Shown here one piece after another: positions 63,701 through 64,000 of a DNA stretch of 64,000 bases (position 1 is the first letter of the stretch; the number at the start of each line of letters is the position of its first letter). The notes under the pieces were generated by a model. The model saw only the letters and a program-made list of their open reading frames with translations, had not been told where the DNA came from and did no database searches. The DNA comes from an uncultured Phycisphaerales bacterium (lineage in GTDB: Bacteria > Planctomycetota > Phycisphaerae > Phycisphaerales > SM1A02), in the NCBI GenBank assembly GCA_938084645.1, contig CALKEP010000022.1, positions 1-64,000 of the forward strand, in the 5' to 3' direction. A program made the translations under genes and the position numbers.

Positions 63701-63814
63701 GTCACCGCCGGCCCGGAAGGCGGCGAGATCTCGATTTCGGCGAGCGAACTCGGGTCGGGCCGCGAGACGGCGTTCCGGTTCGAGGAAGCATGGAAGCGAG
63801 GGTGTGACCGATGA
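60761..63814 (+). CDS. purL: Phosphoribosylformylglycinamidine synthase subunit PurL with N-terminal PurS-like repeats
   Basis: QTWSEHCVHK, KVETHNHPSAIEPYGGAATG, DCGAGG, SEAQERM, QYDHEV, SGKDSL.N, HDASEGG. Confidence 0.95.
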   Translation: MTIANAASPTMTTTVHRIEIHRRPEFGDPAADALRREFEGLPPGLLPRSVDCAAVYLIEGAFSDRELSMIAEELLADPVTQSPVIGAAAAGADEVVIEVHPLPGVMDPAAASIATAIHAMLGESEGSAITVRTGRRYTFGGIDAEAGGDLATRLLANPVVHAIHTGPYHPASFPVGHQQPFEVRDVPLCELDDAGLERLSRDAHLFLSLDEMRAIQSHYQGLGREPREIELETLAQTWSEHCVHKTLKATIEYREPADESGFSIRDTAGHRPGHSVDDAGRVRIENLLKSTVAAATHQLMADGLDDWCLSVFVDNAGIVGFDDDTAVCMKVETHNHPSAIEPYGGAATGIGGCIRDIMGTGLAAKPIAATDVFCVGTDAPAEIPTGCLHPHRILGEVVAGVRDYGNRMGIPTIDGGVWFDDRYIGNPLVYVGCVGVMPRDLISGDARPGDRIIAMGGRTGRDGIHGATFSSAELTDTHADEFSHAVQIGNAITEKVTLDAVLAARDHPDGCLFSSITDCGAGGFSSAVGEMGEKIGAEVRLDRAPLKYDGLSPVEVWISEAQERMVLAVPAENVDAIAAICDSHDVEWCDLGEFGTPDRELVLRWGDVEVGRIAMEFMHDGVPMPLREAVWDPEWAAREAGGDDVGVERSGVIGDVAGVFDLTATLLGHPNLASKAWIVRQYDHEVQGGSVVKPFVGPNAGPGDAAVIRPVPDRPRGLAIGHGLATGLARDPYVMGLAAIDECVRNMVCVGADPDRIAILDNFCWPGCDDPRNLGSLVRAAEACLDGGLAYRTPFVSGKDSLNNQFTTEDGRTIRIPPTLLISGMGIVSEERFATTMDAKRPGSRLLAIGATTNRLGGSHYLRVGGDPAAGVDELPVVDLELGPRIARIVHDAIRQGLVRSAHDASEGGLLPAAIEMAFAGGLGLELDLDAVPVDGASVSALARAFAEDPSRYLLEVEEADLPAVEALLADVPHGVVGSFVTAGPEGGEISISASELGSGRETAFRFEEAWKRGCDR

Positions 63815-64000
63815 GCGAGGTGAACACTTCGAATCACGCGTCGTCGGACGATCGACCGAAGGCCCTCGTCATCACGGCCCCGGGCATCAACTGCGACGGC
63901 GAACTCGCACTGGCCTTCGAGGCCGCGGGTGCGGCGCCGGAGTCCGTCCTGCTCGCGGACCTGATCGAACGACCCGCGATCGTCGACCGGTTCTCGCTGA
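63811..64000 (+). CDS. purQ: Phosphoribosylformylglycinamidine synthase glutaminase subunit PurQ, 3' truncated by window edge
   Basis: ATGA overlap with the purL stop; translation KALVITAPGINCDGEL..AF..AGA matches the PurQ N-terminus. Confidence 0.85.
   Translation, partial: MSEVNTSNHASSDDRPKALVITAPGINCDGELALAFEAAGAAPESVLLADLIERPAIVDRFSL

Overview
High-GC bacterial chromosome segment. Gene content and style (PEP-CTERM-like VPGP tail, CPxCGY..CPECG membrane protein, scattered housekeeping genes, trimeric-type porins) suggest Planctomycetota, probably Phycisphaerales; this is an inference. The centrepiece is a type II secretion-like cluster (gspF-G-H-I-J-K, PilM/GspL-like, PilO/GspM-like, secretin, lipoprotein; 7.2-30.5 kb). 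Its secretin is a single ~4,770-aa ORF with an N0 domain, about 52 hand-counted tandem KH-like Secretin_N repeats and a normal C-terminal secretin barrel, where canonical GspD has three such repeats. The rest of the window holds clpB, an S9 peptidase, tRNA-Gln(CTG), asd, xerD, a partial flagellar block (flgF-flgG-flgA-flgH followed by an HNH nuclease instead of flgI), trpS, trpC, zwf-pgl, ruvX-manC-ruvA, an acyltransferase, carB, a lone nuoH, radA, three tandem porin paralogs and purL-purQ. Regulatory signals include sigma54-type -24/-12 motifs before clpB and flgF, and a recurrent TAnnnT box 6-9 nt before SD-less start codons, suggesting leaderless mRNAs. No CRISPR array, rRNA or transposase was seen. 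All calls are from reading the sequence; no database searches were run.
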